DNA from: Actinobacteria bacterium UBA2279
Lineage (GTDB): Bacteria; Actinomycetota; Coriobacteriia; Anaerosomatales; Anaerosomataceae
DNA length: 32,000 nt
Reading direction: 5' to 3'
NCBI GenBank assembly: GCA_002347365.1
Contig: DDWT01000033.1
Span: 1-32,000, forward strand
Shown piece after piece: positions 6,668 through 15,827 of this stretch (positions within the stretch are counted from its first letter, which is position 1; each line of letters starts with the position of its first letter). A program made the position numbers and the translations under genes. A model generated the notes under the pieces. That model ran no database searches and was not told the origin of the DNA. It saw only the letters and a list, made by a program, of their open reading frames with translations.

Positions 6668-7339
6668 ATGCACATGAAAAAGGTTCTCATAGCGTCTGAC
6701 GATGCGCATACGATCGCATGGCTCCGTGAAGCCATGAGTGCTCTCGACGCCTCCGTGACTGTCTGCAGCGTCGGGGAGCTTAAGTCTCGCCTTATCGCCG
6801 AGTCCATCGATCTGCTCGTGCTGGACGGGGGCCGTTCGCCGGAAGCGGTGGTCCAGCTCGTCGAACAGGCTGCTTCGGAGGGCAATGACCTGCACCTCAT
6901 GCTCGTCATAGAGCCTGAAGCCCTCGCGGAGCTTCGGGTGCCCGTGCACATACCGGCTGACTTCCTGGTGCGTGGCGGCACCTCGGCAGAACTTGTCGCC
7001 CGCATGCGCAAGCTGCTGTGGCCGGGCGAGGAGGTCATGGCGCAGGAAGTCATACGTGTCGACGGTCTCACCCTCAACCTCGCAACGTATCAGGCATACG
7101 TAGGTCACGAGCCCATCGAGTTCACGTATCTCGAGTACGCGTTGTTCATGTTCCTGGTGACGCATCCGAACCGCGTCTACAGCCGAGAAGTGCTGCTCCG
7201 TCGCGTGTGGGGCTCAGACTACTACGGCGGGTCTCGCACCGTGGACGTTCATGTCCGGCGCATCCGCTCCAAGATCGGCGCAGAGGTGGCACGTCGGCTC
7301 GAGACCGTGCGCAACGTTGGCTACCTCTGGAAGAGTTAG
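6668..7339 (+). CDS. OmpR/PhoB-family response regulator with an atypical receiver domain (GlnR-like orphan regulator)
   Basis: The ATG at 6668 lies 10 nt after GGAGG (6653..6657). The receiver keeps DD (res 11-12) and the putative phospho-Asp in LLVLDGG. The conserved Thr/Ser and Lys positions look substituted (LMLVIEPE; FLVRGG instead of a K-P context). The C-terminal winged helix is clear (LTLNLATYQAYV, EFTYLEYALFMFLVTHPNRVYSREVLL..VWG, RTVDVHVRRIRSKIG, TVRNVGYLW). No histidine kinase gene is adjacent. Confidence 0.8.
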   Translation: MHMKKVLIASDDAHTIAWLREAMSALDASVTVCSVGELKSRLIAESIDLLVLDGGRSPEAVVQLVEQAASEGNDLHLMLVIEPEALAELRVPVHIPADFLVRGGTSAELVARMRKLLWPGEEVMAQEVIRVDGLTLNLATYQAYVGHEPIEFTYLEYALFMFLVTHPNRVYSREVLLRRVWGSDYYGGSRTVDVHVRRIRSKIGAEVARRLETVRNVGYLWKS

Positions 7340-7932
7340 GCCGCCGGCCAGGACTTCTGCACGACTCCGGTGAAGCGGTACGAAGCGCCCACGAGCCGCT
7401 CGCACTCACCTTTGATGGCTCTCTCGGCCATGTAGGCACACAGCCCTTTGGGTGTGAAAAACGCCGCAGGCTCACCGACGATACGCTCCGCGATCGCGAT
7501 GAGCCTGATCATGATGTGCGCCTTGTCCAGCTCCAAGATCAACACGGCGCCTCCCGGTCTGACCACGCGTGCCATCTCTCTGACCGAAGCATCCAGGTCA
7601 CGGAAGTGATGGAAGGCGTCGGTCACGATGACCGCATCGAACGCGTCATCTTCAAACGGCATGGCCTCAGCGCTCCCCAAGACCGCGGCGAGCTGGTCTG
7701 ACGGCTCCACATGGGCGATCAGTTCGGGAGTAGGGTCGAGCACGGTCACGTGCGCTGGGAGCGTCTCTGCCAGACGGCGCGCGAGGCCCCCTGCGCCGCC
7801 ACCCAGGTCGAGGACGTGGCCGTCGCCGGGGACGAACGGCCCGAGCCAGCCTGCGATCTGCTGTGTGTCCTCGACTGTCCATCGCTCGCCGTAGCGCTTG
7901 ATGGCAGGTGCGGACCAGTTGAAGAACCCCAT
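7336..7932 (-). CDS. Class I SAM-dependent methyltransferase
   Basis: 198-aa ORF with SAM-binding motif I (HVLDLGGGAGGL), post-I (VTVLDP), and the motifs FDAVIVTDAFHHF and RVVRPGGAVLI. It starts 2 nt after the upstream small gene stop. Confidence 0.85.
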   Translation of the reverse strand: MGFFNWSAPAIKRYGERWTVEDTQQIAGWLGPFVPGDGHVLDLGGGAGGLARRLAETLPAHVTVLDPTPELIAHVEPSDQLAAVLGSAEAMPFEDDAFDAVIVTDAFHHFRDLDASVREMARVVRPGGAVLILELDKAHIMIRLIAIAERIVGEPAAFFTPKGLCAYMAERAIKGECERLVGASYRFTGVVQKSWPAA

Positions 7933-7934
7933 GC

Positions 7935-8153
7935 TCAGCGCCTCTTTGGATAGTGAGGATCGGAGAGCTTGCGTACCGCGTCCTCGCGCATGTCACCTGC
8001 AAGGCTCGAGGCTTTGCCTTTCATCGCCACGAAGTCGTTGGAAGGGCCTGCCCCCTCGCGCTTCTTGCGATTGGCCGACCATGCGATGACCCCTACGACC
8101 AGGATCAACGCGAGCGGTCCCAGTCCGCACGCGATATCCCAACCTGCTTCCAT
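7935..8153 (-). CDS. Small single-pass membrane protein (72 aa), function unknown
   Basis: I trimmed to the ATG at 8153, preceded by GGGGAGGGA. One TM helix (LGPLALILVVGVIAWSA) is followed by a basic tail. It is probably co-transcribed with the methyltransferase. Confidence 0.5.
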   Translation of the reverse strand: MEAGWDIACGLGPLALILVVGVIAWSANRKKREGAGPSNDFVAMKGKASSLAGDMREDAVRKLSDPHYPKRR

Positions 8154-8243
8154 GTTCCCTCCCCGGGACAATGTCGAGCCAGGCGCTACAATGAAGCCCG
8201 GGCCTCACCGCCCGTTCGAATGATGGTACCCGAAAGGACAGGC

Positions 8244-10871
8244 ATGGACCCTCGTACGCTTGCCGTCGTCGACGGCAATAGCCTCATCCACCGGGCATTC
8301 CACGGGCTTCCGCCCACGATGACCGCGCCGGACGGACGTCCCACCAACGCAGTCTTCGGCTTCACATCGATGCTCCTCAAGATGATCGCCGAGTTCTCGC
8401 CGGAGGCGGTGGTGGTCGCATTCGACCTTGGCAAGCCGGCGTTTCGCACCGAAGCGCTCGCGGCATACAAGATCCACCGTCCACCGACCGATCCTTTGCT
8501 CAAGGCGCAGTTCTCGACCACCAAAGACGTCCTGCGGGCACTCGACATCCCTATCGTCGAGGTGGAAGGCTGGGAGGGTGATGACATCCTCGGCACGCTG
8601 GCCGAGAAGGGCAAAGACGCCGGGATGCGCGTGCTCCTCGTCACCGGCGACAAAGACGCGCTGCAATTGGTGGACGATTCCGTCAGCGTGGTGAGCACCA
8701 AGAAGGGCATCACCGACATCGTCATCTACGACACGGCTGCGGTCGTGGAGCGCTACGGCGTCACACCCGAACAGGTCATCGACTTCCTCGGCCTGAAAGG
8801 CGATACCTCCGATAACATCCCCGGCGTCCCGGGCGTTGGCGAGAAGACCGCCGCCAAGCTGCTTGCCGAGTACCACACGCTCGACGCCGTGCTCGAGAAC
8901 GCCGCGGGCATCAAAGGGAAGCTTGGAGAGAGGCTACGCGAGCATGCCGATTCCGCACGTGCGAGCCGTGTGGTCGCCACTATCCGCCGAGACGTGCCGG
9001 TCGATATCGATCTCGACGCTGTGGAGTGGGGGAGCTTCGATCGGGATACGGCAGTTGCCAAGCTCGCCGAGCTCTCGTTCACGTCGCTGATCGGGAGGCT
9101 GCTCGATCTCGCAGTTCCCGCAAAGGGTGCCGCATCTGCCCAAGCTCCAACGAAGGTGCGAATCCTTGAGGGGGTCGAGGCGGACGCCTGGGTGCGAGCG
9201 CTGGTTGCGTCGCCGCCCGGGGAGTGGGTAGGCGTTGCACTCGGCGTGAGCACGGAGTGCCTGTTCGCTGACGAGCGGGAACTGGGGGTCGCCTACGACG
9301 ACGTCGCCGCGCGCGTGATGGGCGCTGTTGCCGATGAGGCGCTGGCCGCGCTGCTCTCCTCCGGCCGCATCGCGTCTGCCGACATCAAAGCGCTGCTCGA
9401 GTCGCCCTGTCCGCCCGGCTCGGTACGCGTGCGAGAGGGAAGCGGCACCGACGTCGCGGATCCTGAGCGCCTGTTCGACTGCGGCGTGGCGGCCTACGTG
9501 CTCGCATCAAACCGCTCGTCTTACGACCTGAGCAGCGTCAGCGCGGACCATCTCGGCAAACATCTGGCCGAGGATGCCGACACCGCGACCCAGGCGCTTG
9601 CATGTGCGGGGCTGGCTGTTGAGCTCGAGGCCGAGCTCGCGTCGACAGACGCGCTGTCGTGCTTCCGTCGCTGCGAGATGGACCTCATCCCCGTGCTCGT
9701 GCGCATGGAGGAAGTGGGTGTGGGCGTCGATCGCGAAGTGCTTGCGGGTCTTGCTACCGAGACAGGCGGCAAGATCAACGCGCTCATCACCGAGATCCAC
9801 GGACTTGCCGGTACCGACGTCAACATCGACTCGCCAAAGCAGCTTGCCGAGGTGCTCTTCGACAAGCTCGGTCTGCCGCCCGGCAAACGCACGAAGACCG
9901 GCTACTCTACCGACTCCTCTGTGCTTTCCGGACTTGCCGAGAGCTACCCCATCGCGGCCCGTATCCTGGAGTACCGCGAACTCGCCAAGCTCAAGTCGAC
10001 CTACATCGATGCGCTTCCCCGGTTGGTGGGCGAGGACGGCCGGCTGCACACCACCTTCAACCAGACGGTGGCCGCGACTGGCCGACTGTCATCCTCGAGC
10101 CCCAACCTGCAGAACATCCCGGTGCGCACCGAGCTCGGGCGCCGCATTCGCGCCGCATTCGTGCCTGCCGAGGAAGGCGATCTGATCGTCTCGGCGGACT
10201 ACTCCCAGATCGAGCTGCGCGTGCTTGCGCATCTGTCGCAGGATGCGGGGCTGATCGAGGCGTTCACCTCCGGCGCGGACTTTCACGAGGCCACCGCCGC
10301 GCGCGTCTTCGGTGGGGAGCGGCACGAGGTCACGCCCGAGATGCGGCGCAGGGCCAAGGCGGTCAACTTCGGCATCGTGTACGGCATCTCCGCGCACGGA
10401 CTGTCGCAGTCGCTCGGCGTTGTGCATGCCGAGGCACAGGGGATGATCGACCGCTACTTCGCTGCGTACCCTGGCGTTCGCACCTACCTGGACGAAACGG
10501 TGGCTGCGGCACATCGTGACGGCTATGCGGTGACGCTGTATGGCCGCCGCCGCCCCATCCCTGAGCTGCGCTCATCGAACTGGAACATGCGCTCCTTCGG
10601 CGAACGCACTGCGATGAACCACCCGATGCAGGGCACCGCTGCCGACATCATGAAGCTTGCGATGGTGGAGGTGGACCGCCGTTTGCGAGCCGAGGGATTC
10701 CGGGCGCGCATGGTCCTTCAGGTGCACGACGAACTCGTCTTCGAAGCGCCTGCCGATGAGTACGAACGGCTGAGTGAGATGGCGCGCGAGGCCATGGCCG
10801 GTGTCGTGGAGCTTGCAGTGCCGCTGCTCGTCGACGTTGGAGCAGGAACGGATTGGGCCAGCGCGAAGTAG
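8244..10871 (+). CDS. polA: DNA polymerase I
   Basis: I trimmed to the ATG at 8244 (MDPRTLAVVDGNSLIHRAFH), after GAAAGGA. It has a 5' nuclease domain (GWEGDDILGT, VTGDKDALQL, LKGDTSDNIPGVPGVGEKTA). Family A polymerase motifs are present (DYSQIELRVLAH, RRRAKAVNFGIVYG, QVHDELVFE). Confidence 0.95.
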   Translation: MDPRTLAVVDGNSLIHRAFHGLPPTMTAPDGRPTNAVFGFTSMLLKMIAEFSPEAVVVAFDLGKPAFRTEALAAYKIHRPPTDPLLKAQFSTTKDVLRALDIPIVEVEGWEGDDILGTLAEKGKDAGMRVLLVTGDKDALQLVDDSVSVVSTKKGITDIVIYDTAAVVERYGVTPEQVIDFLGLKGDTSDNIPGVPGVGEKTAAKLLAEYHTLDAVLENAAGIKGKLGERLREHADSARASRVVATIRRDVPVDIDLDAVEWGSFDRDTAVAKLAELSFTSLIGRLLDLAVPAKGAASAQAPTKVRILEGVEADAWVRALVASPPGEWVGVALGVSTECLFADERELGVAYDDVAARVMGAVADEALAALLSSGRIASADIKALLESPCPPGSVRVREGSGTDVADPERLFDCGVAAYVLASNRSSYDLSSVSADHLGKHLAEDADTATQALACAGLAVELEAELASTDALSCFRRCEMDLIPVLVRMEEVGVGVDREVLAGLATETGGKINALITEIHGLAGTDVNIDSPKQLAEVLFDKLGLPPGKRTKTGYSTDSSVLSGLAESYPIAARILEYRELAKLKSTYIDALPRLVGEDGRLHTTFNQTVAATGRLSSSSPNLQNIPVRTELGRRIRAAFVPAEEGDLIVSADYSQIELRVLAHLSQDAGLIEAFTSGADFHEATAARVFGGERHEVTPEMRRRAKAVNFGIVYGISAHGLSQSLGVVHAEAQGMIDRYFAAYPGVRTYLDETVAAAHRDGYAVTLYGRRRPIPELRSSNWNMRSFGERTAMNHPMQGTAADIMKLAMVEVDRRLRAEGFRARMVLQVHDELVFEAPADEYERLSEMAREAMAGVVELAVPLLVDVGAGTDWASAK

Positions 10872-11046
10872 GGACGGTTGTCGCCGGCCACACCGGCCAC
10901 TCTCAGTGGCGTGCAGCGCAGCTTTCGTGTACTATTCTGAGTCCGTGCGTTTGGGCGGATTCTGCCTGCTCGCACACGTAATGTTGGCCCCCGAGACCCA
11001 TGTATGGACCACAAGCGACCGAGTGTACATGTAGATCGGGGCCCCG

Positions 11047-12453
11047 ATGCTGGAAGGGGCCACCACAGTGGTAGAGAACGACAAAGACACGATCATTGAA
11101 GAGCGCGAGTACACAGATGAGGAGATGCACGCCCTCATCGACGGCACGATCACCGATTTTGACGACGGTGACCTGGTGACCGGAACCGTCGTGCAGGTCG
11201 AGCGGGACGAAGTCTTGCTCGACATCGGCTACAAGTCCGAAGGCGTCATCCCGGCGCGCGAGCTCTCGATCCGCAAGGACGCTGATCCCAAGGATATCGT
11301 GAAGCTCGGCGACGAGATCGAAGCCCTCGTCCTCCAGAAGGAAGACAAAGACGGCCGACTCATCCTGTCCAAGAAGCGTGCCGCTTACGAGCGCGCCTGG
11401 GTGCAGGTTGAAGAGAAGTTCAGTTCAGGCGAGAACGTCGACGGCGAGGTCATCGAAGTCGTCAAGGGCGGTCTCATCCTCGACATCGGCCTGCGCGGCT
11501 TCCTGCCTGCATCGCTGGTCGATCTTCGCCGTGTCAAAGACCTTCACTCCTTCCTTGGTGACCGCCTTGAGTGCCGTGTCATCGAGATGGATCGCAACCG
11601 CAATAACGTCGTGCTTTCCCGCCGTGTCGTCCTTGAAGAGGACCGCAAGCAGGAGCGCACTGAGATCCTTGAGAAGCTCAAGAAGGGTCAGATCCTGCCC
11701 GGCGCGGTATCGAGCATCGTCGACTTCGGCGCGTTCGTCGACCTCGGCGGCATCGACGGTCTGGTTCACATCTCCGAGCTGTCCTGGAGTCACGTGAATC
11801 ACCCGTCCGAGGTCGTCGCAGTCGGCGACAAGGTCGAGGTGCAGGTCCTGGACGTCGACCTCGACCGCGAGCGTATCTCTCTCGGCCTGAAGCAGACTCA
11901 GGACGATCCGTGGAAGCAGCTCGTGAAGAGCTTCGAGATCGGTGCCATCGTCAGCGGCAAGGTCACCAAGATCGTTCCGTTCGGCGCGTTCGTCGAGATC
12001 GGCGACGGCGTCGAGGGTCTCGTGCACATCTCCGAGATGGCCAAGGGCCACGTGGAGACCCCCGAGGATGTCGTGACGGTCGGTGGCGAGGTCCAGACCA
12101 AGATCATGGACATCGACCTGGACCGCCGCCGCATCTCTCTCTCCGTCCGTGCGGCCAACGAGGAGCTCGGCCTGCCGGATGCAGTGCCGGATGACTCTGA
12201 GGACGAGGATGTCGATCAGGCAGAAGTCGTCGCAGAAGACGTCGCGGCCGAAGAGGCCGTCGCCGAGGTAGAGACTGAAGTCGAAGTCGTCGAGGAGCCC
12301 GCGGCCGAAGAGGCCGTCGCTGAAGTAGAGACCGAAGTCGAAGTCGTCGAGGAGCCCGCAGTCGAAGAGGCCGTCGCTGAAGTAGAGACCGAAGTCGAAG
12401 TCGTCGCAGAAGACGTCGCTGTCGAAGAGGCCGTCGAGAAGACCGCGGAGTAG
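11047..12453 (+). CDS. rpsA: 30S ribosomal protein S1 with a repetitive acidic C-terminal tail
   Basis: Four S1 domains are recognisable (GDLVTGTVVQVERDEVLLDIGYKSEGVIP; VDGEVIEVVKGGLILDIGLRGFLPAS; LPGAVSSIVDFGAFVDLGGIDGLVHISELS; VSGKVTKIVPFGAFVEIGDGVEGLVHISEM). An alternative in-frame GTG start at 11068 has a better-spaced GGAAGGGG. Confidence 0.95.
   Translation: MLEGATTVVENDKDTIIEEREYTDEEMHALIDGTITDFDDGDLVTGTVVQVERDEVLLDIGYKSEGVIPARELSIRKDADPKDIVKLGDEIEALVLQKEDKDGRLILSKKRAAYERAWVQVEEKFSSGENVDGEVIEVVKGGLILDIGLRGFLPASLVDLRRVKDLHSFLGDRLECRVIEMDRNRNNVVLSRRVVLEEDRKQERTEILEKLKKGQILPGAVSSIVDFGAFVDLGGIDGLVHISELSWSHVNHPSEVVAVGDKVEVQVLDVDLDRERISLGLKQTQDDPWKQLVKSFEIGAIVSGKVTKIVPFGAFVEIGDGVEGLVHISEMAKGHVETPEDVVTVGGEVQTKIMDIDLDRRRISLSVRAANEELGLPDAVPDDSEDEDVDQAEVVAEDVAAEEAVAEVETEVEVVEEPAAEEAVAEVETEVEVVEEPAVEEAVAEVETEVEVVAEDVAVEEAVEKTAE
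12223..12440 (+). repeat. In-frame tandem repeat (period 57/57/60 bp, about 3.5 units) encoding the acidic tail of S1
   Basis: GAAGAGGCCGTCGC recurs at 12250, 12307, 12364 and 12424. The 23-mer GAAGTCGTCGCAGAAGACGTCGC is identical at 12223 and 12397. The protein unit is (A/V)EEAVAEVETEVEVVEEPA. Confidence 0.9.
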
Positions 12454-12487
12454 GCTACCCCGCCGACTCGCCATAACAAGAGCTACG

Positions 12488-12525
12488 ACGGGGCCGGACG
12501 TCCGATAAGGGCGCTCCGGCCCCGT
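12488..12525 (+). terminator. Hairpin with an 11-bp perfect stem downstream of rpsA
   Basis: ACGGGGCCGGA (12488..12498) pairs with TCCGGCCCCGT (12515..12525) around a 16-nt loop. The T tract is weak (GTGTCATCTCC), so it may be only a partial terminator upstream of coaE. Confidence 0.5.
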
Positions 12526-12547
12526 GTCATCTCCAGGGAGGAACCCC

Positions 12548-13159
12548 ATGTACGTGCTCGCCGTCACCGGTGGCATCGGATCGGGCAAGTCGACCGCCAC
12601 GCGCATCTTTGAGGATCGCGGCGCGATCGTCCTCGATCTCGACCGCATCGCCAAGGAGCTGCTCGAACCAAGCATGCCGCTGTTGGGCCGTATCACCGAC
12701 GCGTTCGGGGACTCGGTAGTGGGCCCCGATGGCCGCATCGACCCGGCTGCGCTTGCAGATGCCGCGTTCGCTTCCGATGAGGCAACGCGCACGCTGGATG
12801 CGATCGTGCACCCGGCCGTCTACACAGTGCTCACAGGGATTCTTGACGCGCTTGCCGTGCAGGCTGAGCCGCCCCGGTTCGTAGTCCTCGACGTGCCGCT
12901 GCTCGCCGAGGCACCGATCTTCCTTGACCTCGTCGACGCGGTGCTGGTCATCTCGGCAAGAGAGGATGCGCGCGTCGAACGTTGTCTGGCAAACGGCATG
13001 ACTGAAGCCGACGTCCACCGTCGCATCGATCGTCAGGTCGGTGATGCCGAGCGCCGGGACATCGCCGACTACGTGATCGACAACGACGCCAGCCTCGCGG
13101 AATTCAAGCACGATATCGTGCGCTTCTGGGATCTGGAGGTGGCGCCGCGTGCCTCGTGA
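12548..13159 (+). CDS. coaE: Dephospho-CoA kinase
   Basis: I trimmed to the ATG at 12548 (MYVLAVTGGIGSGKST P-loop), after GGGAGGAA. Typical CoaE layout follows (VLDLDRIAKELL, IVHPAV, VVLDVPLL). Confidence 0.9.
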   Translation: MYVLAVTGGIGSGKSTATRIFEDRGAIVLDLDRIAKELLEPSMPLLGRITDAFGDSVVGPDGRIDPAALADAAFASDEATRTLDAIVHPAVYTVLTGILDALAVQAEPPRFVVLDVPLLAEAPIFLDLVDAVLVISAREDARVERCLANGMTEADVHRRIDRQVGDAERRDIADYVIDNDASLAEFKHDIVRFWDLEVAPRAS

Positions 13160-13736
13160 GCACGCATTTGCCCCGCACAGGCTGATACTCATCGCCGTCA
13201 TCCTCGTGCTGGCTGTTGCTGCGCTCCTTGCGCTGCGTGGACCCGCGTGGTGGCAGCGGGTGTACTACCCGCTGCGATACGAGACCGCCATCGCTGATGC
13301 ATCGGGCCGCTACGGCGTGGACCCGTACCTGGTGGCTGCGCTCATCAATGCCGAGTCGGGGTTCGACGCTGCTGAAGTGTCTTCCGCCGGTGCGGTCGGC
13401 CTGATGCAGCTCCTCCCTTCGACCGCGAGCGAGCTTGCGCTGGAGTTGGGTGTGGAAGACGAGATCGACGCCGAGCGACTGAAGGACCCGGAGCTCAACA
13501 TCAGCCTTGGCACGCGCCACCTGGCCCAACTGTTACAGCGCTACGATCACACACGTACTGCGCTTGCTGCGTACAACGCGGGGGGCGGCAACGTGGACAG
13601 ATGGCTTGAGCGGAGCGGGGAGACCAGTGTTGGTTCGAGCCTGCCCTTTCCCGAGACCGAAGCGTATGTCGAACGGGTACTCTCGGAAGTGGAGCGATAC
13701 CGAGAGCTGTATCCGACCGCATTCGAGAGCAGGTGA
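13149..13736 (+). CDS. Membrane-anchored lytic transglycosylase (SLT domain)
   Basis: The GTG start overlaps the coaE end by 11 nt. An N-terminal TM anchor (LILIAVILVLAVAALLAL) is present. SLT catalytic region is present (ALINAESGFDAAEVSSAGAVGLMQLLPSTA, AAYNAGGGNV). Confidence 0.85.
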   Translation: MPREHAFAPHRLILIAVILVLAVAALLALRGPAWWQRVYYPLRYETAIADASGRYGVDPYLVAALINAESGFDAAEVSSAGAVGLMQLLPSTASELALELGVEDEIDAERLKDPELNISLGTRHLAQLLQRYDHTRTALAAYNAGGGNVDRWLERSGETSVGSSLPFPETEAYVERVLSEVERYRELYPTAFESR

Positions 13737-13739
13737 CCG

Positions 13740-15806
13740 GTGGCCGATCTGCGTGTCGTATCCGAGTTCGAGCCTGCGGGTGACCAACCCAACGCGATAG
13801 AGCAGTTGGCTGAGGGCGTCCTGTCCGGCATGCGGGACCAGACACTTCTGGGTGTGACCGGCTCGGGCAAGACGTTCACGATGGCGAAGCTCATCGAGCG
13901 CGTCCAGAGGCCAACGCTCGTGATGGCGCCGAACAAGACGTTGGCGGCCCAACTGGCTTCCGAGCTCAAAGACTTCCTGCCGGACAACGCGGTCGTCTAC
14001 TTCGTGTCGTACTACGACTACTACCAGCCTGAGGCGTACGTTCCAACGACCGACACGTTCATCGAAAAGGACTCCTCGATCAATGCCGAAGTCGAGAAGC
14101 TGCGGCATGCCGCTACGGCCGCACTGCTCTCTCGTCGCGATGTCGTCGTGGTCGCCAGTGTGAGCTGCATCTACGGGATCGGTTCGCCCGAGGACTATGC
14201 CGGACTCGCCGCGTTTCTGACAGTGGGCGAGACCTACGACCGTGACAAGCTCATCCGCGACCTGATCGAGATCCAGTACGACCGCAACGACTATGACCTC
14301 ACGCGCGGTACGTTCCGCGTTCGCGGGGATGTCCTCGACGTGTTCCCGCCGTATGCGGACCATCCCATTCGGGTTGAGTTCTTTGGTGACCAGATCGATT
14401 CGATCGCCGAGTTCGACCAAGTCACCGGCGAAGTGACGGTGACGTTCAAGTGGCTGCCCGTGTGGCCTGCCACCCACTACGTGACGGCACCCGCCAAGCT
14501 CGCGGTCGCGCTCAAGACGATTCGTGCCGAGCTACAGGAGCGCCTTGCTCAGTTCAGAGCGGAAGGCAGACTACTCGAGGCGCAGCGCCTGGAGATGCGT
14601 ACGAGCTACGACCTCGAGATGCTTGAGACGATGGGGTTCTGCTCGGGAATCGAGAACTACTCGCGTCACCTTGACGGGCGTGCTGCGGGCGAGCCGTCCA
14701 ACACCCTCATCGATTACTTCCCGGACGACTTCTTGTGCATCATCGATGAGTGCCACGTGACCGTGCCGCAGATCCGCGGCATGCACGCGGGCGACCGCTC
14801 CCGGAAGGTGACCCTGGTCGAACACGGGTTCCGGTTGCCAAGCGCCCTGGACAACCGACCGCTCAACTTTGATGAGTTCCGGCAGCGCGTGCATCAGACC
14901 GTGTTCGTCTCGGCGACGCCGAGTGAGTGGGAACGCGGCATCAGCGAGCAGATCGTCGAGCAGATCATCCGGCCCACCGGCCTGGTGGACCCACAGATTC
15001 TAGTGCGGCCGACGAAAGGCCAGGTGGACGACCTGATCGCTGAGATCCAAGACCGCGTGGAACGCAACGAACGCGTCCTGGTCACGACGCTCACCAAGAA
15101 GATGGCCGAGGACCTCACGGAGTACTTCTTCGAGCACGGCATCAAGGTCCGCTACCTGCACAGCGACGTTGCCACCCTTGAACGCATCGAGGTGTTGCGG
15201 GATCTGCGGTCGGGGACGATCGATGTCGTCGTGGGCATCAACCTGCTCCGCGAAGGTCTCGACCTCCCAGAAGTCTCTCTCGTGGCGATTCTCGACGCCG
15301 ATAAGGAGGGCTTCCTCCGCGACTTCCGTAGTCTCATCCAGACGATCGGACGTGCCGCACGCAACGTCTCCGGGCAGGTCATCCTCTACGCTGACAGGAT
15401 GACCGACTCCATGCGGATGGCGATCGACGAGACCGACCGTCGCCGGGCGATCCAGGTGGCGTACAACACCGAGCACGGAATCGAGCCTCAGACGATCCGA
15501 AAGGCGATCCACGACATCGCACAGTACGTGCGCGAGACGGACGCCGGTCTTGAGCCGAGCGTGCACGTGGCCGAGGAGCTCGCCAAGATGCCGCGCAGTG
15601 AACTCGCACTCATCATCTCGGCGATGGAAGAGGACATGCACGGCGCCGCCGAAGCGCTCGATTTCGAGACCGCTGCGCGCATGCGCGACCAGGTCGTCAA
15701 GCTGAAGGCAGAGGTGGAGTCGACTACCACCGATGAGGTGCTGTCGCGGCTCAAGCAGGGCGCGCGCAAGGGCTCCGCTCACGGAGTGAAGAAGCGCCGG
15801 CGCTAG
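13740..15806 (+). CDS. uvrB: Excinuclease ABC subunit B
   Basis: 688-aa ORF with a GTG start 3 nt after the slt stop. Motifs seen: [10 protein letters not shown] Walker [48 protein letters not shown], and a C-terminal UVR motif ([11 protein letters not shown]). Confidence 0.95.
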   Translation: MADLRVVSEFEPAGDQPNAIEQLAEGVLSGMRDQTLLGVTGSGKTFTMAKLIERVQRPTLVMAPNKTLAAQLASELKDFLPDNAVVYFVSYYDYYQPEAYVPTTDTFIEKDSSINAEVEKLRHAATAALLSRRDVVVVASVSCIYGIGSPEDYAGLAAFLTVGETYDRDKLIRDLIEIQYDRNDYDLTRGTFRVRGDVLDVFPPYADHPIRVEFFGDQIDSIAEFDQVTGEVTVTFKWLPVWPATHYVTAPAKLAVALKTIRAELQERLAQFRAEGRLLEAQRLEMRTSYDLEMLETMGFCSGIENYSRHLDGRAAGEPSNTLIDYFPDDFLCIIDECHVTVPQIRGMHAGDRSRKVTLVEHGFRLPSALDNRPLNFDEFRQRVHQTVFVSATPSEWERGISEQIVEQIIRPTGLVDPQILVRPTKGQVDDLIAEIQDRVERNERVLVTTLTKKMAEDLTEYFFEHGIKVRYLHSDVATLERIEVLRDLRSGTIDVVVGINLLREGLDLPEVSLVAILDADKEGFLRDFRSLIQTIGRAARNVSGQVILYADRMTDSMRMAIDETDRRRAIQVAYNTEHGIEPQTIRKAIHDIAQYVRETDAGLEPSVHVAEELAKMPRSELALIISAMEEDMHGAAEALDFETAARMRDQVVKLKAEVESTTTDEVLSRLKQGARKGSAHGVKKRRR

Positions 15807-15827
15807 TCCGCGACCGGGAGACGCGTG

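Noticed and set aside
8200-8235. A GTTCGAAT T-loop-like motif suggesting a tRNA upstream of polA
   Set aside because: The flanking bases cannot form a T stem (GCCCG versus GATGG) or an acceptor stem. No D-loop or anticodon arm is discernible.
12223-12440. The tandem repeats as a possible CRISPR array or minisatellite outside genes
   Set aside because: The repeats are directly abutting with no spacers. They are in frame within rpsA, encode a sensible acidic peptide repeat, and have no cas genes nearby.
11425-12792. 455-aa - strand ORF antisense to rpsA and coaE
   Set aside because: It spans two well-supported + strand genes and their intergenic terminator hairpin. The product is low complexity (D/L/G/R). 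It is a high-GC artefact.
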